A DNA stretch of 64,000 nucleotides from an uncultured Candidatus Saccharibacteria bacterium. GTDB lineage: Bacteria > Patescibacteriota > WWE3 > 2-01-FULL-39-13. The notes beneath the pieces were generated by a model, which was not told the origin of the DNA, did no database searches, and saw only the letters and a list, made by a program, of their open reading frames with translations. Each line of letters starts with the position of its first letter. Within the stretch, counting starts at the first letter, position 1. The stretch covers positions 84,719 to 148,718 of the forward strand of contig CAYJKF010000002.1 in NCBI GenBank assembly GCA_964370865.1, given 5' to 3'. A program made the position numbers and the translations under genes. Shown one piece after another: positions 21,240 through 31,033 of this stretch.

Positions 21240-22562
21240 ATGCCATTTATAGCGCCAAAGAGCGAAAATCCTGCAAAAATAAAAGTAATTGGAGTTGGGG
21301 GTGGAGGTCAGAATGCCATCAACACTATGGTTAACCTAGGAGAGACATACGGTGTTGAGTATATTGCTATGAATACCGACCTTCAGGCCTTGAATTCATG
21401 CGAAGCACCAACAAAGCTACAGCTTGGTCCTGGACGTACTCATGGTTTAGGTTCTGGAGCAGATCCATCCGTTGGACAAGATGCGGCATTTGAATCAGTT
21501 GAAGATGTTAAAAAATTATTAGAGGGCGCAAACATGGTGTTTGTCGCGGCTGGTTTAGGTGGAGGCACTGGAACCGGAGCTAGTCCCGTTGTGGCCCAAA
21601 TTGCTAAAGAACTTGGGATTTTGACGGTTGGAGTTGTCACAAAACCATTTGTATTCGAAGGAAAAAGAAGAATGGCTCAAGCCGATCAAGGTATAAAAGA
21701 TTTGAAAAGCAGAGTGGATGCACTTATTGTAATTCCAAATGAAAAATTATTAGAAGTTGTTGAAGAAAAAACTTCTATGCAAGATGCGTTTAAGGTTGTT
21801 GATAGGGTTGTTGGAAATGCTGTCAAAGGAATTTCTGATTTAATTACATCGGCTGGACTAATCAATGTAGACTTTGCTGATATTGAAACTGTTATGAGTA
21901 ATGCTGGATCCGCCTTAATGGGTATAGGTAAGGCAAATGGTGAGAATAGAGCGGAGAAGGCCGCCAAAATGGCTATTAATTCCCCACTGCTCGGCATTGA
22001 TATAAAAGGATCAACGGGTATTTTATTAAATATTGTTGGAGACTCAACAATGACAATGCACGAGGTTAACACAGCTGCTAAATTAGTATCAGAGTCAGCA
22101 AATGAAAACGCTAATATAATATTTGGAGCCAATATCGATCCTACAATTGATGGTGTTCAGGTTACCGTTATCGCGACAGGTTTTGATTCAGATTTTAAAG
22201 ATATTTCTATTCCAAATAATTCAACCGGGATTAGCGATAGAGACGTAATTGAACAAATAGATTCAAGATATGACAACATTAAAAAGAAACCAGTTGTTGT
22301 AGAAGATGAGATTGAAGAATTAGAAGAGAAGGTAGAACAACAAAAAGATAGGGATTTTAGTTTTAGCGAAATAGATTCGACTCCAAAAGATGATACAGAT
22401 GTATTAAAGAATTTACGAAAAGAAGTAGAGGAAATGGAAAAAAAGGAAAAACCTTCAACTGATAAATCACCATTTGATTCAGAAGATGATGATTCTGATC
22501 AGGATAGCTCTGATGATACCAAGAGCAACTTTTGGAATTTTATGAAGGATCGAAAGAAATAA
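21240..22562 (+). CDS. ftsZ: Cell division GTPase FtsZ
   Basis: Motifs IKVIGVGGGG.NA, NTD.Q.L, GGGTGTG, PF.FEG and INVDFAD. Confidence 0.98.
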   Translation: MPFIAPKSENPAKIKVIGVGGGGQNAINTMVNLGETYGVEYIAMNTDLQALNSCEAPTKLQLGPGRTHGLGSGADPSVGQDAAFESVEDVKKLLEGANMVFVAAGLGGGTGTGASPVVAQIAKELGILTVGVVTKPFVFEGKRRMAQADQGIKDLKSRVDALIVIPNEKLLEVVEEKTSMQDAFKVVDRVVGNAVKGISDLITSAGLINVDFADIETVMSNAGSALMGIGKANGENRAEKAAKMAINSPLLGIDIKGSTGILLNIVGDSTMTMHEVNTAAKLVSESANENANIIFGANIDPTIDGVQVTVIATGFDSDFKDISIPNNSTGISDRDVIEQIDSRYDNIKKKPVVVEDEIEELEEKVEQQKDRDFSFSEIDSTPKDDTDVLKNLRKEVEEMEKKEKPSTDKSPFDSEDDDSDQDSSDDTKSNFWNFMKDRKK

Positions 22563-22566
22563 TTTC

Positions 22567-22749
22567 ATGCCAAGTAATGCCACTAAAAAAGAACTTTTCG
22601 TGTTTTTTTTTCTTATTTTCTGTGGGTTAATTGCCATTGCGTATTACTTTTACAAAGCTACTTTTAGATTCGATCCATATTATAGATTTAAAAGTGAGGA
22701 ACAAGCAAAGCAATTGATAAAATCCCCAAAAATTCTAATTGACCGTTGA
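22567..22749 (+). CDS. Small single-TM protein
   Basis: 60-aa ORF starting 4 nt after the ftsZ stop, with one clear hydrophobic helix. Confidence 0.5.
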   Translation: MPSNATKKELFVFFFLIFCGLIAIAYYFYKATFRFDPYYRFKSEEQAKQLIKSPKILIDR

Positions 22750-23997
22750 TCCTTTTCCAATAATATTACGATTTATATTGATTGCATAAGTTAGAGGCGA
22801 AATACAAGCTAAACATAAAAACAAATATTGCCAATTATTAAATGACCATATAAAAACTACAGCAAAAATCATTCCCAGCAACACCGCCAGTTCAATAATA
22901 TAAGTTCTGTAGATAACGAAATCTGTCTCATGTTTTCCAAGTTTTGCATGCATATACATAGAACTTAAAAATGGTATCGAAAAGAAACTATTGTTTAATC
23001 GATCTAAAAAATCAGCGGAATAAATAATCGAAGGGGTTGAAGCAAAAGCGCGAATGACATATAAAGTTGTGTTCAATGAAACTCCAATCTTGTGTAATAA
23101 GTAGGGGCCGCTACTATCCACGGCTTTCCCGATTTTAAACGATAGAACTGTAGATAATGCCATTGAAAAAGAAGTAATAATTCCAATTACAGTAATATCA
23201 CTTGATATAAAAAAGATTAGAAGCGGAGACATAATAGCAAAAAATACATTTTCAACACCCATTGCGGCAAAAGCAATAGAATCGTTTACTAGACTGTTAT
23301 TTTTAATGTATTTAAAAAATATCTGCTTGGCATTATGTTTACCATGCTTATGTTCTTCGTTGCTAAATACCAGAGGAAGACCCGCAAATAGCAATATCAC
23401 CAGTCCTACAAGAAATAATGATTCAAAACCTGAAAAAGAAATTAGCATGGCTCCTATAAGAGGTCCTGTCATTGATGCAATCCTAGATAAGAGGAGTCTG
23501 AATCCTATATTCTTCCCGTATCTTCCTTCTGTGGAGGCTGATTTTCGTATGAAATAGGTATGATAGGGAATCCAATATAAAATGCTATTTACACTTAGCA
23601 AAGTTATAGAAATCGGCAGAAATAGAAAGAGATTTATTGGTGCAAGATAAAGGGAGAATAGCCCAACTCCTAATAGAATATTGCCCACAACAATCGAACC
23701 TTTAAAGTTTAATTTGCCAAATATTAGATTCACCATACTAGGCAGTAAGATTAATGCGACAAGAGATTTTAATCCATAAAAAAGAAATATATTGATTACT
23801 CCTCTAGAAATTTCATTTGATATTCCTAATGGGTTTAGGTGAATACTTTGATAAATAAAAATCGGTATATAGATTCCCATTACAGCTTCGGCAAAAGATC
23901 TTAGTGTATTAGTGATATATAAAGCTTTGGATTCAGTAAAATAGTGTTCTCCAAGTATATAGGCTGAATAGTTTTTTGCGGCAGGATTATGTTGCAT
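22735..23997 (-). CDS. MFS transporter
   Basis: About 12 TM segments. Motifs YIPIFIY, YWIPYH, GPLIG and GKAVD. Confidence 0.8.
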   Translation of the reverse strand: MQHNPAAKNYSAYILGEHYFTESKALYITNTLRSFAEAVMGIYIPIFIYQSIHLNPLGISNEISRGVINIFLFYGLKSLVALILLPSMVNLIFGKLNFKGSIVVGNILLGVGLFSLYLAPINLFLFLPISITLLSVNSILYWIPYHTYFIRKSASTEGRYGKNIGFRLLLSRIASMTGPLIGAMLISFSGFESLFLVGLVILLFAGLPLVFSNEEHKHGKHNAKQIFFKYIKNNSLVNDSIAFAAMGVENVFFAIMSPLLIFFISSDITVIGIITSFSMALSTVLSFKIGKAVDSSGPYLLHKIGVSLNTTLYVIRAFASTPSIIYSADFLDRLNNSFFSIPFLSSMYMHAKLGKHETDFVIYRTYIIELAVLLGMIFAVVFIWSFNNWQYLFLCLACISPLTYAININRNIIGKGSTVN

Positions 23998-24021
23998 GCT
24001 ACTAGAAGTCTAGCAAAAATA

Positions 24022-24049
24022 TTGACTTGAGTTCGCCCAGTGTTAACCT
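24022..24049 (+). promoter_or_regulatory. Sigma70-type promoter of ileS
   Basis: TTGACT-N16-TAACCT with an extended TG, 11 nt before ATG 24061. Confidence 0.5.
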
Positions 24050-24060
24050 TTCTTACATAT

Positions 24061-26934
24061 ATGAAAACGAAATTTAATGAGGTTCCAGTACAGTTAAATT
24101 TACCCGAAATAGAGTTAAAAATTCTAAAAGCCTGGAAAGACAATAATATCTACGAGAAAGTTAAAGAAAAATATAAAGATGCACCTGAAAAGGTTTATTA
24201 TGATGGTCCTATTACGGCAAATGCTATGCCGCACTATGGTCATATCATACCTTGGACTGCTAAGGATGTTATACCAAGATATTGGACCATGACTGGCAAT
24301 TTTGTTTCAAGAAATATTGGTTGGGATTGCCAAGGTCTTCCTGTCGAAATGGAAGTCGAGAAGAGGTTAGGATTCAAATCAAAAAAGGAAGTTGAAACAT
24401 TTGGAATCGAGAAATTTAATCAGGAATGTAAAAATTCGGTAATGGAATACAGGGATGCTATGTGGAGGTACGAAGAACGAATTGGAAGATGGATAGAACC
24501 TACTGACACATACGAGACGATGTCGCCAAAGTATATTGAAAGCGTCTGGTGGTCTCTAAAAGAGTTGTACAACAAAGATCTATTATATGAAGGCCTAAAA
24601 GTTGTTCCATATTCAGCAAGAGCTGGCACTCCATTGTCTAATTCTGAGGTAGCCATGGGTGGATATAAAGAAGTCGTCGATCCAGCCGTTACAATAAAAT
24701 TCAAGGTAAAAGGAAAAAATGAATTCCTACTAGCATGGACAACTACTCCTTGGACGCTGCCTGGTAACTTAATGCTCTCAGTGGGGCGAAAAATCACTTA
24801 CTGTAAGGTTAGTTCAAATAATGAAGTTTTTATCCTAGCAAAGGATTGCGTAGAGAGAATATTCAAAGATCAAGAGGTTGCAATTATTGAGGAATTTTCC
24901 GCTGAAAAATTAATTGGTATGGAATATGAACCACTTTTTGATTACTTTGAAACAAAAAGAGATGAAGGATGTTTTAAGGTTATTTATGCAGACCATGTTA
25001 CAACCGAAGACGGAACTGGAATTGTTCATCTTGCGCCATACGGAGCAGAAGATTTCGATATATTTATGAAGCTTGGTATTAAGATATTTGATTATCTAGA
25101 CTCAAATGCCGCATTTAACAATTTAATACCAGAGTTTGAGGGGAAATTTTACAAGAAGGCGAACCCAATCATAATTTCACAATTAACTGAAAAAGGCCTC
25201 TTATTTAAACTCGAAGATTACTCGCACCAAATGCCAATGTGTTGGCGTACTGATACTCCTTTGATATATAAACCTGTAAAGAGTTGGTATGTTGCCGTTA
25301 CTAAAATAAAGGATCAATTACTTTCAGAAAATGAAAAAATAAAATGGGTTCCAGATAATATAAAAAATGGAAGATTCGGTGTATGGCTCGAAAACGCTAG
25401 AGATTGGGCACTTAGCAGAAATCGATATTGGGGAACCCCGCTTCCTGTATGGATTAATGATAAGACTGGTGAAGTGGTTGTAATTGGATCATTTGAAGAA
25501 TTAAGTCGGCTAAGTAATAAGGAACTTCCTGCTGATTTTGATCCACATATGCCTTTTGTTGATGAAATAACCTGGCAAGATAAAAACGGAGGAACTTACA
25601 GACGAGTAAAGGAGGTTATCGATGTTTGGTATGACTCAGGAGCAATGCCATTTGCTAGGCACCATTATCCTTTTGAGAATGTAGAAGATTTTAAACGTAC
25701 CTTTCCATCTGAATACATAGCCGAAGGAGTTGACCAAACTAGAGGATGGTTTTACTCACTATTAGTTATTAATGTAGCTCTTTTTGCCAAGACCCCATAT
25801 GAGTCTTGTTTGGTAATCGGAATGCTCGGAGATGAACACGGTAAGAAATTAAGTAAGAGCAAGAAAAATTACCCTCCTGTAGATGAAGCTTTAACAAAAT
25901 ATGGTTCAGAGGCGCTTCGTTATTATATTTTGTCATCACCAATTGTCGAGAACGGCACTGCAAAATTTAGCTACCGTCTTCTTGAAGAATCTAAGAGAGA
26001 ATTTTTCCCAACAATATGGAATTCATTTAGATATTTTGTAACTTACGCAAATTTAAAAGGTTTTGAAATAAAAAACTTATCGGAGCTAGATGATAGGTTT
26101 ACAATTCTTGATAAATGGATATTAACTAGAATGAATCAGGTTAAACAAAAAGTGAATTCTGATTTGGTAAATCTTAGATTGGTAGATGCTACAAGAGAAT
26201 TTACTGTATTTTTAGATGACCTATCCAACTGGTACATCAGAAGATCTCGTGATCGCTTATCTGAAGGTGACGAAGTTTCTATGAATGTATTATTTTCTGT
26301 ACTTTACGATTTTTCGAAATTAATAGCACCTTTTATGCCGCTATTTTCCGAAGAATTATATAAAAATTTATCAGTGGCATCTGAACAGGCTCTAGAATCT
26401 GTCCATTTGGAAAAGTATCCAACAAGCGAGATTACTATAGATGACAATTTAATTGATCAGATGGTATTTGCAAGGCAACTTGCATCGGTCGCAAGTGCTA
26501 TTAGAAAAGAAAACAATCTACCTATTAGGCAGCCATTAAGCGTTTTAGAAGTTATGTTATATCAAGAGAAAACGGCTTTGTCAGAAGAAATCTTAGAAAT
26601 TGTGAAAGATGAGATAAACGTAAAAAATATTGTTTTTGTTACAGAATTTATGTTATCTGAAGGAAATTGGATAAATAAAGAAGATAATGGGGTTGAAATA
26701 CGATTAAACACCGATATCACAGAAGAATTGAAGCTTGAAGGTATTCTCAGAGAATTTATTCGCGAAATTCAGAAATTACGTAAAGAGGCGAATGTTGAGT
26801 GGGACAAATTGGTTGATGTAACATATCCGGAGATCGAAGGTTATTCAGATGTATTGGCTAAATATGAGTATCAAATCAAGCAAAAAACGTTAGTTAAATC
26901 CTTTATAAAGGGTGGAGAATTTAAGCTAAATTAG
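24061..26934 (+). CDS. ileS: Isoleucine--tRNA ligase, type 2 (IleRS2)
   Basis: HIGH-equivalent PHYGH, GWDC.GLP, WTTTPWTLP, GTGIVH, DW..SRNRYWG and KLSKS. No C-terminal Zn finger. Confidence 0.96.
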   Translation: MKTKFNEVPVQLNLPEIELKILKAWKDNNIYEKVKEKYKDAPEKVYYDGPITANAMPHYGHIIPWTAKDVIPRYWTMTGNFVSRNIGWDCQGLPVEMEVEKRLGFKSKKEVETFGIEKFNQECKNSVMEYRDAMWRYEERIGRWIEPTDTYETMSPKYIESVWWSLKELYNKDLLYEGLKVVPYSARAGTPLSNSEVAMGGYKEVVDPAVTIKFKVKGKNEFLLAWTTTPWTLPGNLMLSVGRKITYCKVSSNNEVFILAKDCVERIFKDQEVAIIEEFSAEKLIGMEYEPLFDYFETKRDEGCFKVIYADHVTTEDGTGIVHLAPYGAEDFDIFMKLGIKIFDYLDSNAAFNNLIPEFEGKFYKKANPIIISQLTEKGLLFKLEDYSHQMPMCWRTDTPLIYKPVKSWYVAVTKIKDQLLSENEKIKWVPDNIKNGRFGVWLENARDWALSRNRYWGTPLPVWINDKTGEVVVIGSFEELSRLSNKELPADFDPHMPFVDEITWQDKNGGTYRRVKEVIDVWYDSGAMPFARHHYPFENVEDFKRTFPSEYIAEGVDQTRGWFYSLLVINVALFAKTPYESCLVIGMLGDEHGKKLSKSKKNYPPVDEALTKYGSEALRYYILSSPIVENGTAKFSYRLLEESKREFFPTIWNSFRYFVTYANLKGFEIKNLSELDDRFTILDKWILTRMNQVKQKVNSDLVNLRLVDATREFTVFLDDLSNWYIRRSRDRLSEGDEVSMNVLFSVLYDFSKLIAPFMPLFSEELYKNLSVASEQALESVHLEKYPTSEITIDDNLIDQMVFARQLASVASAIRKENNLPIRQPLSVLEVMLYQEKTALSEEILEIVKDEINVKNIVFVTEFMLSEGNWINKEDNGVEIRLNTDITEELKLEGILREFIREIQKLRKEANVEWDKLVDVTYPEIEGYSDVLAKYEYQIKQKTLVKSFIKGGEFKLN

Positions 26935-26993
26935 GGTTTCTTGCTCTTAAATGCAAGTTTAGCTAAACTATGTCGGAATAATAGTTAATTTAT

Positions 26994-27070
26994 GGGCTTG
27001 TAGCTCAGTTGGTTAGAGCGCCTCAATGGCATTGAGGAGGCAAGGGGTTCGAATCCCCTCAAGTCCACCA
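26994..27070 (+). tRNA. tRNA-Ala(GGC)
   Basis: Cloverleaf with G3:U70, anticodon arm CCTCA-ATGGCAT-TGAGG, T-loop TTCGAAT and encoded CCA. Confidence 0.97.
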
Positions 27071-27126
27071 GGTAATGGTTTATTGCTATAATTCGCTAGT
27101 TTTGGTAATATTTCCTACGTACATAT

Positions 27127-27567
27127 ATGGATTTTGCAGTAATAAAGCTTAACGGCAAACAATTTATAGTAAAGAAAGGTGACTTATTGACAGTTGACCG
27201 AGTCACGTTAGAAACACCTGTACAGGTGTTAGCTTTTGCGACTGATTCAGCAGTAGAGCTTGATTTAGAGAAATTAACGAAAATAGGTCTCGAACTTGAA
27301 GTTATGTCAGATTTTAGAACAGCAAAGATTCAAGTTAGAAGATATAAGAGCAAATCCAGATATAGAAAGAATAAAACCCATAGGCAACCATTAACAATGT
27401 TAAAAGTTATAGATTTATCACCAAAAGGTGGAATAAAAATAGTCGAAAATAAAGGTAAAACTCCACAACCTACTCAAGAAGAAGAAACACAGGTGAAAGC
27501 TAAACCATCAAAGATAAAAGCCGAACCTGAGTCAAAGAATAAGAAAGTAGTAAAAGCAAAGGAATAA
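27127..27567 (+). CDS. rplU: 50S ribosomal protein bL21 with charged C-terminal extension
   Basis: Motifs FAVI..NGKQF.V..GD and YKSKSRYRK..HRQ. Upstream of rpmA. Confidence 0.9.
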   Translation: MDFAVIKLNGKQFIVKKGDLLTVDRVTLETPVQVLAFATDSAVELDLEKLTKIGLELEVMSDFRTAKIQVRRYKSKSRYRKNKTHRQPLTMLKVIDLSPKGGIKIVENKGKTPQPTQEEETQVKAKPSKIKAEPESKNKKVVKAKE

Positions 27568-27570
27568 AAT

Positions 27571-27834
27571 ATGGCACATAAGAAAGCAACAGCAGCAAAT
27601 GCATCACAAAAAGGAAATCGACAAGGTAAACATAGAGGATTAAAAAGAGGAGATGGGGAATACGTATTGGGTGGAACAATCTTAGTTAGACAAGTTGGCT
27701 CTGTTTATTTGGCAGGTGAAAATGTAATGATGGGTAAGGATTTCACACTATTCGCATCAAAAGATGGATACGTAAAATTTACAAACTACAGTAAAGAGAA
27801 AAAGTGTGTAAATATCGTTTCTACAGACGATTAA
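27571..27834 (+). CDS. rpmA: 50S ribosomal protein bL27
   Basis: Motifs MAHKK, G.K..DG, G.ILVRQ.G and G.NV..GKDFTLFA..DG.VKF. Confidence 0.95.
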   Translation: MAHKKATAANASQKGNRQGKHRGLKRGDGEYVLGGTILVRQVGSVYLAGENVMMGKDFTLFASKDGYVKFTNYSKEKKCVNIVSTDD

Positions 27835-27848
27835 TTAATCCTCATTTT

Positions 27849-28451
27849 TTATTCAGTAGCATTATATTTTGGAAGTTTTATGAGACCAATTTCATTTGTT
27901 GGCCAATAACGGAAGTAGCTTCTACCAACAATATCTGTCTTTGGTACAAATCCCCAAGTTCGAGAATCTGAACTATCAGGCCTGTTATCTCCCATGACGA
28001 TATATGAATTGTCTGGAATTGTTATTTTTTCACCTTCCTTAAGAAATGCTTTGGATTCAGTAATAACCTTGCTTGATAGATATTCACCCTCGTCCAGGAT
28101 AAAACCAGCCGGATTTTCTGAGTTATAAATATAGATTTTATTATCTTTGAGCATAATCTCCTCACCAGGAAGTGCAATTATTCGTTTAATATAGTCTGAA
28201 TTCTTCTTAAGGGGATATTTAAATACTATTATTTCTCCTCTGTGTGGCTCTCTAAATTTATAGGTTAATTTATCAGTAAGGATATATTGCCCTTGATGAA
28301 AATTCGCAACTCCGTCCATTGAAGAACCAACAACTTCATGTGGTTGAAACGCAAAAAGATATGTAATAACAAAGAATGCTAGTCCGATAATCAGGCTTTC
28401 TAGAAAGTCTAATAAAATCGAGCCAGCATATGAGAAGAAAGTTCGAGCCAT
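27849..28451 (-). CDS. lepB: Signal peptidase I
   Basis: Motifs GSSM (catalytic Ser), YIKRIIALPGE (Lys) and GDNR..S.DSR.WG. Confidence 0.95.
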   Translation of the reverse strand: MARTFFSYAGSILLDFLESLIIGLAFFVITYLFAFQPHEVVGSSMDGVANFHQGQYILTDKLTYKFREPHRGEIIVFKYPLKKNSDYIKRIIALPGEEIMLKDNKIYIYNSENPAGFILDEGEYLSSKVITESKAFLKEGEKITIPDNSYIVMGDNRPDSSDSRTWGFVPKTDIVGRSYFRYWPTNEIGLIKLPKYNATE

Positions 28452-28501
28452 ACCAGAGTAGTATAACAAGAATAATGGTAAAATTAACAAATAATTTATT
28501 A

Positions 28502-28578
28502 GAGTCTGTAGCTCAGTTGGTTAGAGCGCTTCGTTCACATCGAAGAGGTCAGTGGTTCGAGTCCACTCCGACTCACCA
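28502..28578 (+). tRNA. tRNA-Val(CAC)
   Basis: Cloverleaf with anticodon arm CTTCG-TTCACAT-CGAAG, TTCGAGT T-loop and CCA. One U6/C67 mismatch. Confidence 0.93.
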
Positions 28579-28596
28579 TTGATTTTGCCATTGTCT

Positions 28597-29844
28597 ATGA
28601 ATAGAAAAAAGCTTGTTGCTGTAAATACTTTTTATCAATTAGTAGTACGATTCTCATCTGGAATATTCACATTAATTACAACAATATATGTTGCAAGGTA
28701 CGCTGGGATTCCACTTTTAGCTCAATATTCTACTGTTATAGCTTTTGTTGTTATTTTTGTAGCCTTATCAGATCTTGGTATAAATACTCGTACTCTTAAA
28801 TTTTTCGATACAGAAGCGAAGTTGAGAGAGAATTTTAAAAAACTACTTGGTCTTAGAATTCTTATCTCGCTTCTTTCGCTTATTTTGGGTTTAATATTGC
28901 TATATATTATTGGATATTCGAAGGAATTATATATCCCAATTTTGTTTGGTCTTTTTGCAGTTTTGATCAATGCTTTTCTAAAATCATTTACAGTTATTTT
29001 TCAAGTTAAGTCAGACTATTCAAGTTTTGCAAAAATAAGCTTCGTAGTATATTTGACTGCTCTAGCATATATCGGTGTATCCTCGGTTAATTCAGTTTTA
29101 AGTATTTTTGAGTTAATTGCAGTTTATTTGCTTGTCCAACTTATAATCGCGGCAGGACTGTCTTATGTCTACAGAAGTTACCTGGTTTTAAAGGGTAAAA
29201 TATTTGATTTTGCCTTCAGTAAATCAATACTTTCTGATATATGGGTTTTTGCAGTAATAATGCTTGTGAATTTACTTATGTTAAATTTGGACAGATTATT
29301 ATTAGCTAAACTTTCAGATGATGCAAATGTTTCAGTGTACAATACCTCCTATCGAATCTTTGAATTTGCTTTAATTATTCCCACCTATATTATGAATACC
29401 TATTTTCCAATGCTAGTGTTGGAGGAGGGGTCGAATGCTATGACTCGATTAGCAGGCACTATGAAATCTATCCGTTATTTATTGATTATATCAATCTGCG
29501 TTATGGTAGGGCTGATAGGGGTTTCATATTTAATACCTTTTATATGGGGGAAAGAATTAGTGAATGGTGTTCGAGCTTTACAGATGCTTGCTTTAGGAAT
29601 TCCTTTTTTCTATATAACATCTCCTCTAAACTGGTTATATGCTACCGAAAAGCAATATAAAATTATGCTTTTGGCTTATTTTGTTGCACTGATAGTAAAC
29701 GTTATTGGAAATATTAGCTTTATAGGATCTATTGGCTATGTTTCGCCGATTATTTTCAAAATTATTTCTGAACTTATCGTTCTAAGTGTGTTTTTATACC
29801 CATTGTTAAGCCGAAGCCTTATGACAAAGCCTGTCACAAAATGA
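28597..29844 (+). CDS. Wzx-like polysaccharide flippase
   Basis: About 12 TM segments, with NTFYQ, ARY, SDLGI and LDRLLL..V.VY..YR motifs. Start moved to the ATG after the tRNA. Confidence 0.85.
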   Translation: MNRKKLVAVNTFYQLVVRFSSGIFTLITTIYVARYAGIPLLAQYSTVIAFVVIFVALSDLGINTRTLKFFDTEAKLRENFKKLLGLRILISLLSLILGLILLYIIGYSKELYIPILFGLFAVLINAFLKSFTVIFQVKSDYSSFAKISFVVYLTALAYIGVSSVNSVLSIFELIAVYLLVQLIIAAGLSYVYRSYLVLKGKIFDFAFSKSILSDIWVFAVIMLVNLLMLNLDRLLLAKLSDDANVSVYNTSYRIFEFALIIPTYIMNTYFPMLVLEEGSNAMTRLAGTMKSIRYLLIISICVMVGLIGVSYLIPFIWGKELVNGVRALQMLALGIPFFYITSPLNWLYATEKQYKIMLLAYFVALIVNVIGNISFIGSIGYVSPIIFKIISELIVLSVFLYPLLSRSLMTKPVTK

Positions 29845-30168
29845 GATATGTTGATGAGACGTGGGTAAGTTTTATTAATCGACTTTAATTTGTATTCATA
29901 ATATAGTATGAAAGGGTTGTCTGTAAAGGATGAATACAGGCTATCAAATAACTGCGTCAAAGTGATAATTCATGGGGAACCTTAACGTTTTTCCCTTTCT
30001 GTCGACCAATTCTAACTAGTTGAAAGGTCTTAATACTAATTTTCTAAACTTGACATTTGATTTCTATAAAATGAATGGGAGGCTATAGGTTCTATTTCGT
30101 ATTGAGCAATTATTGCCGATAAGTTGGGCAAAGATATTCGAAGTCTGATAGTAATAGTTATAGGTTCT

Positions 30169-30879
30169 TTACTGAATCTTTTCAAATGTAACGAAGACTT
30201 TCTTCTCCGTTTCATTACCTGCCTTATCAATTGCTTTGATGTTGATTTCATTACCGCCATCATCTAGAGAGACTTGAGCAGTAAATTCACCTTCTGAATT
30301 TAATATCGCTGATTGATCTTCAACCAATACATTTATACCTGGTTCAGTTTTTCCTGTAACAGCGTAAGTACGTTCGGTCGCTTTATAAGTTTCGCCAGAT
30401 TTTGGAGTTACTATTTCAAATTCAGGTGCTGTGATATCGCGGACTATGCTATAGGATTTAGAGTCATTGCTCTTATTTCCACTATTATCTTCGGCAATAA
30501 CCTTAATATTTGATATAGCATACCCTATTGGGATGTCTGAGAAACTGAAGCCACCCTCATTATCTGTTATTGTTTCCGATTGTTTTGCATTATCAATATA
30601 CAGTATGATTTTGATACCTGGTTCCGATTTTCCATATATTGTAGTCTTATCATCTTTTGTAGCCTCTGGAATGGGTTCTAGATATGGTGAAACTGGTGCA
30701 ATATTGTCTTTTACTTCATATATGTCTTTGTTTCGGAATAAATCCCAAAACGAATTAACACTTGCTAGAAAGAACACCATCCAAAGATAGGTAAATATTA
30801 CAATTCCGAGGGAGCCTAAGTTTAAAAGTAATATTCTTTTAATTAGATATTTTTTTACGTTTTTCTTTTTATTTATCAT
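30169..30879 (-). CDS. Membrane-anchored protein with two bacterial Ig-like domains
   Basis: TM followed by repeated G(K)(S/T)EPG..V, G.F, A.D.(S/A)GN and D.(I/T)AP motifs. Start reassigned to ATG 30879 because the ORF-track start lies inside tRNA-Thr. Confidence 0.8.
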   Translation of the reverse strand: MINKKKNVKKYLIKRILLLNLGSLGIVIFTYLWMVFFLASVNSFWDLFRNKDIYEVKDNIAPVSPYLEPIPEATKDDKTTIYGKSEPGIKIILYIDNAKQSETITDNEGGFSFSDIPIGYAISNIKVIAEDNSGNKSNDSKSYSIVRDITAPEFEIVTPKSGETYKATERTYAVTGKTEPGINVLVEDQSAILNSEGEFTAQVSLDDGGNEINIKAIDKAGNETEKKVFVTFEKIQ

Positions 30880-30885
30880 AAATAA

Positions 30886-30961
30886 TGGAGCCACCCGGCG
30901 GAATTGAACCGTCAACCTACGGTTTACGATACCGTTGCTCTACCAATTGAGCTAGGGTGGC
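30886..30961 (-). tRNA. tRNA-Thr(CGT)
   Basis: Reverse complement GCCACCC...ACGGT-ATCGTAA-ACCGT...TTCAATT...GGGTGGCT-CCA. Confidence 0.95.
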
Positions 30962-31033
30962 ATAACTAAAATAACCTTAACAAATTATATACTAATTGTG
31001 CTAACCTAATTATGTATATTATTTATTTAATCC

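Noticed and set aside
24061-26934. IleRS2 as an acquired mupirocin-resistance gene
   Set aside because: It sits in a housekeeping context with no mobile features, and type 2 IleRS is a normal chromosomal form in many bacteria.
28552-28596. N-terminal extension of the flippase overlapping tRNA-Val
   Set aside because: The GTG start lies inside the tRNA. ATG 28597 is the plausible start.
30880-30915. N-terminal extension of the Ig-domain ORF overlapping tRNA-Thr
   Set aside because: The extension is translated tRNA sequence. ATG 30879 is preferred.
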